DNA of 44,426 bases from a virus: positions 1-44,426 of IMG/VR virus record IMGVR_UViG_3300019458_000013; one strand, given 5' to 3'. This document shows, in pieces, positions 1-8,073 of the stretch (position 1 is the first letter of the stretch; every line of letters starts with the position of its first letter). Under the pieces are notes generated by a model that saw only the letters and a list, made by a program, of their open reading frames with translations, searched no databases and was not told where the DNA came from. The translations under genes and the position numbers were made by a program.

Positions 1-123
1 ATCGCCCGCATCGTTGCCGCCGTCCTTCCCCGTCATGTGTTTCTCGAGAATGTGCCCGGCCTGCTCACCGCGTCTGCTGGTCGCGCCTTCGGTGACGTGC
101 TCCGGTCCTTGGCCACGCTCGGG
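1..123. repeat. terminal overlap, copy 1 (identical to 44304..44426); signature of a circular assembly
   Basis: The first 123 bases read identically to the last 123 bases. The repeat lies inside one continuous reading frame (the methyltransferase). Confidence 0.9.
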
Positions 124-828
124 TACGATGCGTGCTGGACGCATTGCCGAGCGGTCGATGTCGGTGCCCCGCATCGTCGCGAGCGGATCTTCCTCCTCGC
201 CGCACTGGCAGACGGCCACGGCGACGGACGCGAAGGGGCGGGGCTGGGCGACGTCGCTGGCGCGCGACTGGATGGGCGTGAGCAACAACAGCAGCGATCT
301 GCCGCGGCAGGTGATGGCGTGGGCGACACCGACCTCGCACGCGCGCACTCACACGCCTCGTCAGGTGGATCACGGCATCCAATTGGCGAATCAAGCGGCC
401 ATGTGGCCCACCCCATCGGCGACACCCGACGGGACGAACCAGAGTGGCGGCATGAGCCGGGTGGGGCCGATCCGCCCGAGCCTGGAGACGATGGCGCGCT
501 TCGGGGATGGGTTGGTTTTCCTCCCGGCCCCCACGACCCCGGCGGCTGGCGGCGATGGCTCGCCGCCGGATGGCCCGCGCCAGTTGAGTCCGGCGTTCGT
601 CGAGGCGCTGATGGGCTTCCCCGCCGGCTGGACGCTGCCGCTTGGCGGATCGATCGACTCCGCTGCCTCGGCAACGCCGTCGTCCCGCAGCAGGCGGCGC
701 TCGCGTGGGGCATCTTGTGGAGGCGGATTCACGACACCGAAGGAGACATGAGCGGAGCATCAGCCGATGGTGAGGCGGGAAGAGATCGAGGCGATGGCGG
801 GTGTGCGGTCGTGAGGTCGATGGGATGA
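1..828 (+). CDS. DNA (cytosine-5)-methyltransferase, 3' part (continues from 44004..44426 across the circular junction); conserved motifs split over two frames
   Basis: Frame 1 carries ENVPGLL (motif VI), GAPHRRERIFLLA (motif VIII-like) and LGNAVVPQQA (motif X). Between about 240 and 650 the recognisable WPTPSATPDG and LSPAFVEALMGFPAGWT motifs and the high third-position GC are in frame 2. Confidence 0.8.
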   Translation: MARIVAAVLPRHVFLENVPGLLTASAGRAFGDVLRSLATLGYDACWTHCRAVDVGAPHRRERIFLLAALADGHGDGREGAGLGDVAGARLDGREQQQQRSAAAGDGVGDTDLARAHSHASSGGSRHPIGESSGHVAHPIGDTRRDEPEWRHEPGGADPPEPGDDGALRGWVGFPPGPHDPGGWRRWLAAGWPAPVESGVRRGADGLPRRLDAAAWRIDRLRCLGNAVVPQQAALAWGILWRRIHDTEGDMSGASADGEAGRDRGDGGCAVVRSMG

Positions 829-914
829 CCGGAATCACGGAGCGAACGTACGGCAATCGCTGCGGAACGTGGATGCCGGGACCGGAGCTCCGGGGCTGGG
901 ATCCGGAGACGTAG
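825..914 (+). CDS. small hypothetical protein (29 aa)
   Basis: The ATG overlaps the methyltransferase stop (ATGA). Third-position GC is about 79 percent. No recognisable motif. Confidence 0.25.
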   Translation: MTGITERTYGNRCGTWMPGPELRGWDPET

Positions 915-917
915 ACC

Positions 918-1007
918 GTGAAGGTGGTGTTCTTCATGTGCCGGTGCATGCTCGAGGTGCTCGGGAAGCGGATCGTCGCCGGCCGGATCGTGGGGAGCGA
1001 CGAATGA
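918..1007 (+). CDS. small hypothetical protein (29 aa, GTG start; alternative ATG at 936)
   Basis: Third-position GC is nearly uniform (28 of 29 codons). The stop overlaps a downstream ATG (ATGA). Confidence 0.3.
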   Translation: MKVVFFMCRCMLEVLGKRIVAGRIVGSDE

Positions 1008-1055
1008 CCTGGGCGCCGGAGATCGATCCGAATGGGGGGCGGTTGAATCGACCGG

Positions 1056-1400
1056 GTGTACGGCTGGCTCTGGGGGCATCGGGGGGATCCGGAGACGGGG
1101 TGGACGCCCGCGGAGATTGCGGAGTTGACCGGATGGCCTTGTGCGACGCCGAAGACATATCTCGCTCGGCTGGTGCGCATGGGAAAGGCGAAGCGGGTGC
1201 GGCTGGGGGCGTATCGGTGGACAGCGGATGGGGAGCGACGGAATAGTCCGGAGGCAGGACGGTCGCCGGGTCGGGACGAGGCACGCCCGGCCAGACGGAA
1301 GGAGTCGGTCGGAGGAGGACGTCAGCGGAACAGCGGGGCAGCCACGCCCCTGAGATCGTGGTGGGAGCGGCAGTGCTGCACGCGGGGGGTCAGCCGTTGA
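1056..1400 (+). CDS. winged-helix/HTH-like small DNA-binding protein
   Basis: GTG start. The segment GWTPAEIAELTGWPCATPKTYLARLVRMGKAKRV looks like a winged-helix recognition unit. The coding signal weakens after about 1235. Confidence 0.5.
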   Translation: MYGWLWGHRGDPETGWTPAEIAELTGWPCATPKTYLARLVRMGKAKRVRLGAYRWTADGERRNSPEAGRSPGRDEARPARRKESVGGGRQRNSGAATPLRSWWERQCCTRGVSR

Positions 1401-1470
1401 CAATCGCGACCGGATCGGGGATGAGGAGCGCCGGCATTGGTTCTCTTCTTTTCTCTCACGCTGCGCGACG

Positions 1471-1498
1471 GGCGCCGGGGGTTTCGATCCTCGGCGCC
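1471..1498 (+). terminator. GC-rich hairpin, candidate terminator or attenuator
   Basis: GGCGCCGGGG (1471-1480) pairs with CCTCGGCGCC (1489-1498) with one G-U pair and an 8-nt loop. It is followed by a T-containing stretch (tgtcgcgtttct). Confidence 0.4.
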
Positions 1499-1541
1499 TG
1501 TCGCGTTTCTGGCGCGCTTCCATTCGAGCTTCATCCCGGAC

Positions 1542-1570
1542 TTGACAGCATGGGGAGTCGTGTGTACTAG
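1542..1570 (+). promoter_or_regulatory. candidate sigma70-like promoter for the rightward early genes
   Basis: TTGACA (1542-1547), 17-nt spacer, TACTAG (1565-1570). It lies in an intergenic gap upstream of the gene at 1615. Confidence 0.35.
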
Positions 1571-1614
1571 ACCAGAGTGCAAATGACGATACTCGAGGTC
1601 AGGGGGGTTGGACG

Positions 1615-2037
1615 ATGACCGAGGACAGCTGTGCAATCGCGGCGATCGTGGCGAAGGTGGCGACGACCCGGAAGGTCGAGAAGAAGCGGGAAGGGGTCCG
1701 GCTCGTGCTGACGGTGATGCTCCGGGCGGAGGAGCTCGAGCCGGAGATGGCCGAGGAGCTCGGGCAGCTCCAGCGGAGCGGAGAGGCGGTGTGCTGCGAG
1801 ATCCGCGGGGATGGAAAGACGGGGGTGGCGTTCCGGGGAATCGTCGAGCGGCAGACGACGCAGCGGGAGGTGGACAACGAGGAGGCGGGGCCGCGGCTGG
1901 TGACGGCGATCCGACTGGTGTCGGATGCGGTCGAGGTGAAGGTGCTGGCGCCGCTCGCCCGGCTCCAGCATGTGAGCGGGCCGGTCGAGGTCCGGCTCGA
2001 GCGGGAACAGAAGGTGCTTCCGGGAACAGGGGGATGA
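1615..2037 (+). CDS. hypothetical early protein (140 aa)
   Basis: ATG preceded by a G-rich RBS. Plausible charged and beta-rich composition. Confidence 0.6.
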   Translation: MTEDSCAIAAIVAKVATTRKVEKKREGVRLVLTVMLRAEELEPEMAEELGQLQRSGEAVCCEIRGDGKTGVAFRGIVERQTTQREVDNEEAGPRLVTAIRLVSDAVEVKVLAPLARLQHVSGPVEVRLEREQKVLPGTGG

Positions 2038-2288
2038 GCATGGCAAACAGCGATCAGAAGAAAGCCGAACGATTCCAGCGGGTCGTCGTGCCGCGGGTGC
2101 AGAAGGCGCTCCGGGCGATCGAGCGGATCGGGCGGTGTGGGAATCGGCAGAGCTACCGCTACACGGACGAGGAGCTCGTCCGGATCTTCGACGCGATCAA
2201 TCGGGCGGTGCGGGAGGCAGGTGAACGGTTCAATCCCCGCACGCGCCCAGAGCCGGCGTCCTTCTCGCTGGCACCCGATCCGGAGTGA
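2034..2288 (+). CDS. hypothetical early protein (84 aa, helical)
   Basis: The start overlaps the upstream stop (ATGA at 2034-2037). An alternative ATG is at 2040. Confidence 0.6.
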   Translation: MSMANSDQKKAERFQRVVVPRVQKALRAIERIGRCGNRQSYRYTDEELVRIFDAINRAVREAGERFNPRTRPEPASFSLAPDPE

Positions 2289-2291
2289 GCG

Positions 2292-2570
2292 ATGTTCACG
2301 TTCGGCTTTCGCGGCATCTATCGGCACTCGGAAACGAGCTGGGGCGTGCTGCTCTCGGCGAGCGCGTGGCATGCGAGCGATGAGATGGTCTACGTGCTCG
2401 TCGAGCACGGCCTGCCACTCGTCATGACGATCGTGCCGGCACCGTGGACCTGGCAGCGGCACGGGATCTGCGCGAGTGGGTGGTGCTTTGGTCCCAGCGT
2501 GCGGGAGCGGATCATGGTGCCGAAGGAGAACGGACATGTGCCGCACGCGGAGCGTGCGGTGCGGGGATGA
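2292..2570 (+). CDS. hypothetical protein (92 aa)
   Basis: ATG lies 4 nt after the previous stop. The ORF is open in the same transcription direction. Confidence 0.5.
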   Translation: MFTFGFRGIYRHSETSWGVLLSASAWHASDEMVYVLVEHGLPLVMTIVPAPWTWQRHGICASGWCFGPSVRERIMVPKENGHVPHAERAVRG

Positions 2571-2782
2571 ACGGTCGCCGTGCCCGGGCCATCCGCCGCA
2601 TCGTGTACGGGTCGGAGGGGAGTCCACGGTGTCGGAGGTATCAAAAAATCCGCGCGCGATCCGGACGCGGCACGACGCGGCGGGCCGATGATCGGCGGCG
2701 GGCGTTCCAGGGCCTCAAGCGGGCGTGGCGCCGGGATCAGTTCGCCCGACGGATCGCTCGGGGGAAGGAACGGCGGGGATGA
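2567..2782 (+). CDS. small highly basic hypothetical protein (71 aa)
   Basis: ATGA overlap with the upstream stop. Arg-rich sequence MNGRRARAIRRIVYG... Confidence 0.55.
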   Translation: MNGRRARAIRRIVYGSEGSPRCRRYQKIRARSGRGTTRRADDRRRAFQGLKRAWRRDQFARRIARGKERRG

Positions 2783-2934
2783 CCTATACGTGCTGCAGGG
2801 AGCATCACCATCAAGAGCCGCCAGCCGGTGAGGAGTACCTTGCCCTGATGCGGGAGAAGAATGGGGAAACCTTCGCAGACGATTTTCAAGGACACGTGAT
2901 TCACGTCAGTCACCTGCCGGACGTGTTTCGTTAG
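2779..2934 (+). CDS. small hypothetical protein (51 aa)
   Basis: ATGA overlap with the upstream stop. Sequence begins MTYTCCREHHH... Confidence 0.45.
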   Translation: MTYTCCREHHHQEPPAGEEYLALMREKNGETFADDFQGHVIHVSHLPDVFR

Positions 2935-2944
2935 GAGGCCTCCG

Positions 2945-3418
2945 ATGAGCGTGATCGGCATCGACCCTGGGCTGGAAGGAGCCTTCGCAATCTTTGTGGA
3001 GGATGGAACGTACTGTGTCGTCGATACCCCGACGATCACCTTCGAGAAGCACGGCAAGACGCGGCGCGCCTACGAAGTCACCCGCATCGCCGATGCGCTT
3101 CGCGCACTCCGGGCGGAGGTGTTCCTCGAGCTGGTGAACGCCCAGCCGAAGAACGCCACCCGGGCCGCGTTCCTGATGGGCCGGGGCGTCGGCATGTGGG
3201 AGGGCATCATCGGCACGTTGGGCCTGCCGCTCCACTACGTCGCGCCGCAGTCGTGGAAGCGGCATCATCGGCTCCTCGGAACGGACAAGCAAGCGGCACG
3301 GCTGAAGGCGCAGCAGCTCTTCCCGGCGGCGGACCTCCGCAGAAAGAAAGATGTCGGCCGCGCCGATGCGCTCCTGATCGCGGACTACGGGCGGCATCTG
3401 CTCCGGGGGGCGGCCTGA
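2945..3418 (+). CDS. RuvC-like Holliday junction resolvase
   Basis: IGIDPGLEGAF at the N-terminus, then PQSWKR and GRADALLIADYG, matching RuvC-family catalytic blocks. AGGAGG-like RBS upstream. Confidence 0.85.
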   Translation: MSVIGIDPGLEGAFAIFVEDGTYCVVDTPTITFEKHGKTRRAYEVTRIADALRALRAEVFLELVNAQPKNATRAAFLMGRGVGMWEGIIGTLGLPLHYVAPQSWKRHHRLLGTDKQAARLKAQQLFPAADLRRKKDVGRADALLIADYGRHLLRGAA

Positions 3419-3870
3419 TGGACACCGCGCAGCTCCGCGCCGATCTCTACCGAGACGAAGGGCGCCGCCAGTATGCCTATGACGACGCGACGGGGGCGAC
3501 GCTCCGAACCGGCGACCCGCTGCAGGGCAGCCTCACGATCGGCGTCGGCTGGAACCTGTCGGCCCGGGGCCTGCCGCCGGTCATCATCGATCGGCTGCTC
3601 GACATCGCGGTCGAGGATGCCGAAGCGGCCGTGCAGAGCATCATGGGCCGGAGCGCGTACCGCCGATGCGCCGAACCCCGGCAGCGGGCGCTGGTCAATA
3701 TGGCCTTCAACCTCGGCGAGACGAAGCTCCGGCGATTCGGACGGATGTGGACCCACATCCGCACGGGCGACTGGGGGCTGGCGGCCCAGGCGGCGAAAGC
3801 GTCGCGCTGGTATCGCCAGGTCGGCGCCCGGGGCGATCGGATCTGCCGGATGCTGGAGGAGGGCACATGA
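3418..3870 (+). CDS. T4-type (GH24) lysozyme / endolysin
   Basis: RDEGRRQYAYDDATGATL...LTIGVGWN matches the Glu-Asp-Thr catalytic pattern of phage lysozymes. The start overlaps the resolvase stop (TGATG). Confidence 0.85.
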   Translation: MDTAQLRADLYRDEGRRQYAYDDATGATLRTGDPLQGSLTIGVGWNLSARGLPPVIIDRLLDIAVEDAEAAVQSIMGRSAYRRCAEPRQRALVNMAFNLGETKLRRFGRMWTHIRTGDWGLAAQAAKASRWYRQVGARGDRICRMLEEGT

Positions 3871-4163
3871 AGCCGAACGTATGGCTCCTGATCGAGGGGG
3901 TGATCCTCGTGGTCATCGGTACCCTCGTGGCCGCGGTGGCGTTCGCCGATGACCTCGGCACGATCCGTCCCCGCTATCCCTTCTTCGATCGGCACGACGG
4001 CGCGTTCGCCCCTGGCCACACGCTGAATCCCTACGTGTACCGCCGGCCAGGCGAGCGGGACCTCATCATCCGGCCGCGGTATCGGTTCTTCGATGACGAC
4101 GACGGCGCGTTCGCGCCCGGCAACGTCCTGAATCCATATGAGGTAGGCGAGCACGAATGGTAG
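3867..4163 (+). CDS. N-terminally anchored membrane protein with an internal duplicated motif (holin or spanin candidate)
   Basis: ATGA overlap with the lysozyme stop. Hydrophobic VWLLIEGVILVVIGTLVAAVAF segment. IRPRYPFFDRHDGAFAPGHTLNPY is repeated as IRPRYRFFDDDDGAFAPGNVLNPY. Confidence 0.6.
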   Translation: MKPNVWLLIEGVILVVIGTLVAAVAFADDLGTIRPRYPFFDRHDGAFAPGHTLNPYVYRRPGERDLIIRPRYRFFDDDDGAFAPGNVLNPYEVGEHEW

Positions 4164-4312
4164 ATGGGCCTCACGGGACAGGATGCGAAAGGATGTGCGG
4201 GGACGGCAGTGTGGTGGTGGATGCGGCAACGTGGTGGATCTCCGTGAGGCAGTCGATCGGGAGGCGGCGGTCCCAATGGCGGGGCCGTCGTCTCCCGGCG
4301 ATGGCATGACGC

Positions 4313-4552
4313 ATGGTGCTGACGACACAGACGATCGAGCAAGAATACTACTCCGTGCGGCAGGTGGCCCAACTCCTCGGCATCGGCATCTCCACGGTGC
4401 ACAAGTGGATGCACCAGCGGGGGCTGCCGTACTACCTGCCGACGAAGCGGAAGGCGCTCATCAAGCGCACGGATCTCGAGGCGTTTCTCCGGGCGTTCAA
4501 GGCGACGAAGGCCCGCAAGCGCGCCGCCGCGCCGGAGGGACGCGGGCCGTGA
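4313..4552 (+). CDS. excisionase-family (MerR-like) HTH DNA-binding protein
   Basis: YSVRQVAQLLGIGISTVHKWMHQRGLPYYLP...IKRTDLEAFL is the typical excisionase-type HTH pattern. Confidence 0.7.
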   Translation: MVLTTQTIEQEYYSVRQVAQLLGIGISTVHKWMHQRGLPYYLPTKRKALIKRTDLEAFLRAFKATKARKRAAAPEGRGP

Positions 4553-4574
4553 CGTGGATGTGGTGGGTGGGCTG

Positions 4575-4730
4575 ATGGCCTTTCGTCCGGCGCGCTGCCC
4601 CGATTGCGATGGGAGTGGGATATCGCCGTACGCACGTGCTGAGGCCCCGTGGCGATGCACGCGCTGCGACGGGACGGGGAAGACCTGCTTCCGCTGCGGC
4701 GAAAGCGAGCGGTTCTGTGATTGTCCGTGA
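4575..4730 (+). CDS. small zinc-finger protein (51 aa) with two CxxCxGxG motifs
   Basis: CPDCDGSG and CTRCDGTG, plus CFRCG and CDC. Below the 60-aa track cutoff; found by reading the frame. Confidence 0.45.
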   Translation: MAFRPARCPDCDGSGISPYARAEAPWRCTRCDGTGKTCFRCGESERFCDCP

Positions 4731-4741
4731 GGAGGGAGCCG

Positions 4742-5203
4742 ATGCGTGATGCCCGTCTCACTGATGCCGAGCTGGAGGCGATGCTCCCGAGCCGAACGGC
4801 GTGGGTGATCGAAGCGGCGTACCAAGACGGAGCGGCGCGGACAGTAGAAAGTCGGTCGGTGTACGTTGCGAATCTACCTGGCGGCTGCCACGCGTGCGCG
4901 CTCGGGACGTTGGTGATGGGCCTACCGGGCATCTGGCGGCGGGTGCGGCAAAACGGATACGGCCTTATAGGATTTCACTCGACCACCCAACTGATTCTAG
5001 TGGCCTTCCCCGAGCTACGACGCATGCCGCGGTTCGACTGTCCGTTGGGTGATGGATGGCGTGGCACGGTGCTCGAAGTCGTGGACCATCTGCACAGCGC
5101 CCATTGCTGGTCGCGTCGAGGCTGCATCACCTGGTTAGAAGAGCAGGTCGAGGCGTACGAGCGGGCGCAGGGGATCACGAGGGCGTTTTGCACGGGCGCT
5201 TAA
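4742..5203 (+). CDS. hypothetical protein (153 aa)
   Basis: ATG preceded by GGAGGGAG. The ORF track lists it from 4721. Confidence 0.55.
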   Translation: MRDARLTDAELEAMLPSRTAWVIEAAYQDGAARTVESRSVYVANLPGGCHACALGTLVMGLPGIWRRVRQNGYGLIGFHSTTQLILVAFPELRRMPRFDCPLGDGWRGTVLEVVDHLHSAHCWSRRGCITWLEEQVEAYERAQGITRAFCTGA

Positions 5204-5307
5204 GCCGAGCGCGGAGATGCCGATCTCAGTGTTGAACCTAGCAGAGCGCGACGCCCTGCGCGCCGAGTGTGCCCGGCTGCACGCAGCCCCAAGAGGGAGG
5301 GCAGGCG

Positions 5308-5532
5308 ATGACTGAGCCGCTCCATGTGACGCAGCAGGCGGAGGCCGAGCCGGTGGTGGAGCAGATCCGCCGGGATCTGCATGACGTCGCCGAAGCGGCC
5401 ACCGAACACCTCGATGGTGCCTGGGTGATGACACGCAGCGAGATCGCCAGCCGTATCGTGACAACATGCGCACGACTCGACGCGCTGCAGCCGAAGATTG
5501 ACGCAGTCCTAGCGGAGGACGTGGAGGATTGA
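5308..5532 (+). CDS. hypothetical acidic protein (74 aa)
   Basis: ATG preceded by AGAGGGAGGG. Confidence 0.5.
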   Translation: MTEPLHVTQQAEAEPVVEQIRRDLHDVAEAATEHLDGAWVMTRSEIASRIVTTCARLDALQPKIDAVLAEDVED

Positions 5533-5795
5533 TGGCCGCCCCACGCAGCGACACCGACCCCATGCAACGCGAGAGGCTCCTCGCGGCCATTCTCGCCGCC
5601 GTCAGTGACCCGGCCGCGTATCCGGCGGAGGTCGCACGACTCTACGCACAGGGGTGCGGCCGCCTGCCGCGTGCCTGGGTGTCGGCGATCAACGCCGCCA
5701 TCAGGCGGCGATGGTCGCGGAGCGGGTTGGAGCGTGTGAAGCGGCTGGCCCAGGCGATGCTCAGGCAAGGGCTGCACCCGGAGCGGGAGCGATGA
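5532..5795 (+). CDS. hypothetical protein (87 aa)
   Basis: The start overlaps the upstream stop (TGATG). Confidence 0.5.
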   Translation: MAAPRSDTDPMQRERLLAAILAAVSDPAAYPAEVARLYAQGCGRLPRAWVSAINAAIRRRWSRSGLERVKRLAQAMLRQGLHPERER

Positions 5796-6289
5796 CCACC
5801 CCGATCCTGCGCCCCCTGGCGGACATCAAGCGGGATGTGGAGGCGGCGACGCCCGGGCCGTGGCGATCGGTGTGTCGAAGCGAAGGGCGCGGTGATCAGG
5901 AATGGATCGTCGAGACCGCTGGCTTTCGTGATGGCACGGTGCTACTCGAACGGGACGCCCGCTTCATCGCCTATGCTCGCACCGATGTGCCCGCCCTCGT
6001 CGCTCGCGTCGAGGCGTTGGAGCAAGCAGCCGAGAATGTCCAGTGGGCGCGGAACATCTGGCGGGGGCAAGCGGATGTGGCGAGGGCGCGCATCGTGGAG
6101 CTGGAGGCCGAGAACGCGCAGCTACTCCATGAGCAGCGCCAGGTCGGTCAGACCCATCGGGTCGTTGCCCTGGCCGTGAGTATTCTTCTGCACCACCTCG
6201 ACCCTGGCTGGGAACGCACCAGTCCGCACGCGGCCACGGCACTGCGGGAGTGGATCCGGGCGATGCCCGCAAGCCCCACCCAGACCTAG
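5792..6289 (+). CDS. Ead/Ea22-like prophage protein
   Basis: ATGA overlap. EAATPGPW ... DARFIAYARTDVPALVARVEALE followed by a coiled coil resembles the Ead/Ea22 family. Confidence 0.55.
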   Translation: MTTPILRPLADIKRDVEAATPGPWRSVCRSEGRGDQEWIVETAGFRDGTVLLERDARFIAYARTDVPALVARVEALEQAAENVQWARNIWRGQADVARARIVELEAENAQLLHEQRQVGQTHRVVALAVSILLHHLDPGWERTSPHAATALREWIRAMPASPTQT

Positions 6290-6310
6290 ACCCGCCGTCC
6301 TGAACGCTCT

Positions 6311-6781
6311 ATGATTCGGTCCGTGGTCGACGAGCCGACAGCCTCCGTCACCGTTCCCTGGCGGCCGTTCCGGCGCGATCCCCGCCTGCAGACGGTCCCC
6401 GGTCCGGCCAAGCAACTCGAGGGCCCCATGGAGGCGCGAACGGAGGAGCTGGCCGATCGCGTGGCCAACGCTCCGGTCCCCACGCGCGAGCAGATCGAGG
6501 AGACCCGCCGGGCCTATGCCGCCCGGATGTTCGACCTCATCACCGAGCCGGTGATGATCCAGAGCCTCCGGCGGTTGCTGAAGCACCGCGACGTGAAGAC
6601 GCGGTGTGAGATGTGGAAGACGGTCCTCACGTACCTGATGCCCCTGCCGCTCGGTCCCGGCGGCAACCCGTATCCCGGTGAGGGACCGGCGGTGAACATC
6701 AACGTCGTCAACCATGTGGATCGGCCGGGACAGACCCGGGTGCAGGTATCAGATGCAGGCGAGGGGTCTCGGACTGACTGA
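6311..6781 (+). CDS. candidate small terminase subunit (by position only)
   Basis: High third-position GC. Immediately upstream of, and overlapping, the large terminase gene. No diagnostic motif. Confidence 0.4.
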   Translation: MIRSVVDEPTASVTVPWRPFRRDPRLQTVPGPAKQLEGPMEARTEELADRVANAPVPTREQIEETRRAYAARMFDLITEPVMIQSLRRLLKHRDVKTRCEMWKTVLTYLMPLPLGPGGNPYPGEGPAVNINVVNHVDRPGQTRVQVSDAGEGSRTD

Positions 6782-8060
6782 AGACGTGGCGGTCGAGACG
6801 TATCGACCGACCCCGAAGCAGCAAGGCTTCCACGCCGACCCGGCGAAGATCCGGCTCCTCCTCGGCGCCTTCGGTGCCGGCAAGACGAAGGCGATCATCT
6901 GGGAGACGATCCTGCTGGCCCTCGAGCACAAGGGGATGCTCGCGTGCGTGTTCCGGAAGACCGCCCCGGCACTCCGGGACACGACGAAAGCCGATTTCCT
7001 GAACGAGATCCCGCCCGAGCTCGTCGTGAAGGAGATCAAGAGCGAAAGCCGGGAGGCCCTCCACCTCCTCGGCGGGTCCCGGGTCTGGTTCCGACCGCTC
7101 GACGATTGGAAGAAGCTCGGCTCGACGGCGTTCGATCTCGCCGTGTTCGATGAAGCCTATGAGTTCGATGAAGCGGACTTCCTCATGGTCTCCGGTGGAC
7201 GGCTCCGGGGCAAGGTCGGCCCGCGACGGATGATTCTGGCCACGAACCCGCCGGACGAATCCCACTGGCTCTACAAGCATTTCGTGCAGAAGCCACTCCC
7301 CGGCTACTCCGTCCATCATTTCTCGACGTACGACAACGCGGAGAACCTCCCGCCCGAGTACATCGAACGGCTCGAGACGATGCCCGCCGCATGGAAGCGG
7401 AAGTATCTCTACGGGCAGTGGGGTTTCCTTGCCGAGGGTGAGCCGGTCTATCAGGAATACCGCGAGGAGCTGCATCGGACCACGCTCCGCTTCGCCCCCA
7501 ACATCGTGATCCGCCGGGGCTGGGATCCGGGATGGCAACACGCCGCGTGCTGTTGGGTGCAGATCATGCCGAGCGGCCACATCAACATCCTCCATGAGCT
7601 GCTCGGGACGAAGGAGGATTTCCGGACCTTCGCCCGCCGGGCGATCATGGAGAGTGCCCAGCGGTTTCCCCGAGCGAAGTTCGAGGACTACATCGACATC
7701 GCCGGTTTGCAGAAGCACTCGATCAACGTCACGCCGATCCAGATTCTCAAGCACCTGGGCGTGCACGCGGCCTACAAGAAGCTCCCGCTCGATCGATCGG
7801 TGGAGTCGATCCGCTACGTGATCGAGAAGCTGCATCTCGGCCGGCCGATGCTCCAGGTGGATCGACAGTGCCCGATCACCTCGGACGCCTTCTCCGGCGG
7901 CTACTACATGGACGAGAAAACCGGCCAGCCCTGCAAGGACGGGAAGATGTACGAGCACATGATGGATGCGGTCCGGGTCGCCATCGCCCCGGTCACGATG
8001 CCGCTCTTCGCCGAGGCGGTGGCGCTGCCGCCGATTCGACATCAGCGGTACGCATGCTAG
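6714..8060 (+). CDS. terL: terminase large subunit
   Basis: Walker A LLGAFGAGKTKA and Walker B FDLAVFDEAYE; size about 448 aa. An alternative start is at 6753. Confidence 0.9.
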   Translation: MWIGRDRPGCRYQMQARGLGLTEDVAVETYRPTPKQQGFHADPAKIRLLLGAFGAGKTKAIIWETILLALEHKGMLACVFRKTAPALRDTTKADFLNEIPPELVVKEIKSESREALHLLGGSRVWFRPLDDWKKLGSTAFDLAVFDEAYEFDEADFLMVSGGRLRGKVGPRRMILATNPPDESHWLYKHFVQKPLPGYSVHHFSTYDNAENLPPEYIERLETMPAAWKRKYLYGQWGFLAEGEPVYQEYREELHRTTLRFAPNIVIRRGWDPGWQHAACCWVQIMPSGHINILHELLGTKEDFRTFARRAIMESAQRFPRAKFEDYIDIAGLQKHSINVTPIQILKHLGVHAAYKKLPLDRSVESIRYVIEKLHLGRPMLQVDRQCPITSDAFSGGYYMDEKTGQPCKDGKMYEHMMDAVRVAIAPVTMPLFAEAVALPPIRHQRYAC

Positions 8061-8073
8061 AACGGCGGCGCCC

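Noticed and set aside
1-123. The 123-bp terminal direct repeat as a physical phage terminal repeat or LTR
   Set aside because: It lies in the middle of the methyltransferase coding sequence and restores a continuous frame when circularised. It is an assembly overlap of a circular or permuted genome.
869-1246. 125-aa ORF 869..1246 as a gene
   Set aside because: Third-position GC is low over most of its length, and it overlaps better-supported frames (918..1007 and the winged-helix ORF from 1056). Only its ATG at 1004, in an ATGA junction, is noteworthy.
1427-1500. tRNA-like GGTTTCGATCC sequence with a possible acceptor pairing (GCGCCGG / TCGGCGC)
   Set aside because: No canonical 5-bp T-stem with a 7-nt loop can be drawn, there are no D-arm GG/AG landmarks, and the region is polypyrimidine. 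It is better explained as a 10-bp hairpin (1471-1498).
65-2627. Long minus-strand ORFs (65..1180, 729..1523, 1322..2041, 1599..2627). Similar antisense or alternative-frame ORFs occur elsewhere, for example 6708..8075, 7993..9414, 10492..11661, 11911..12939, 27865..29304, 29427..31187, 31865..33238 and 39279..40520.
   Set aside because: These are Arg/Pro/Gly/Ala-rich junk translations with low third-position GC and no motifs. Each lies opposite, or out of frame with, a gene that has clear motifs. They are typical shadow ORFs of GC-rich DNA.
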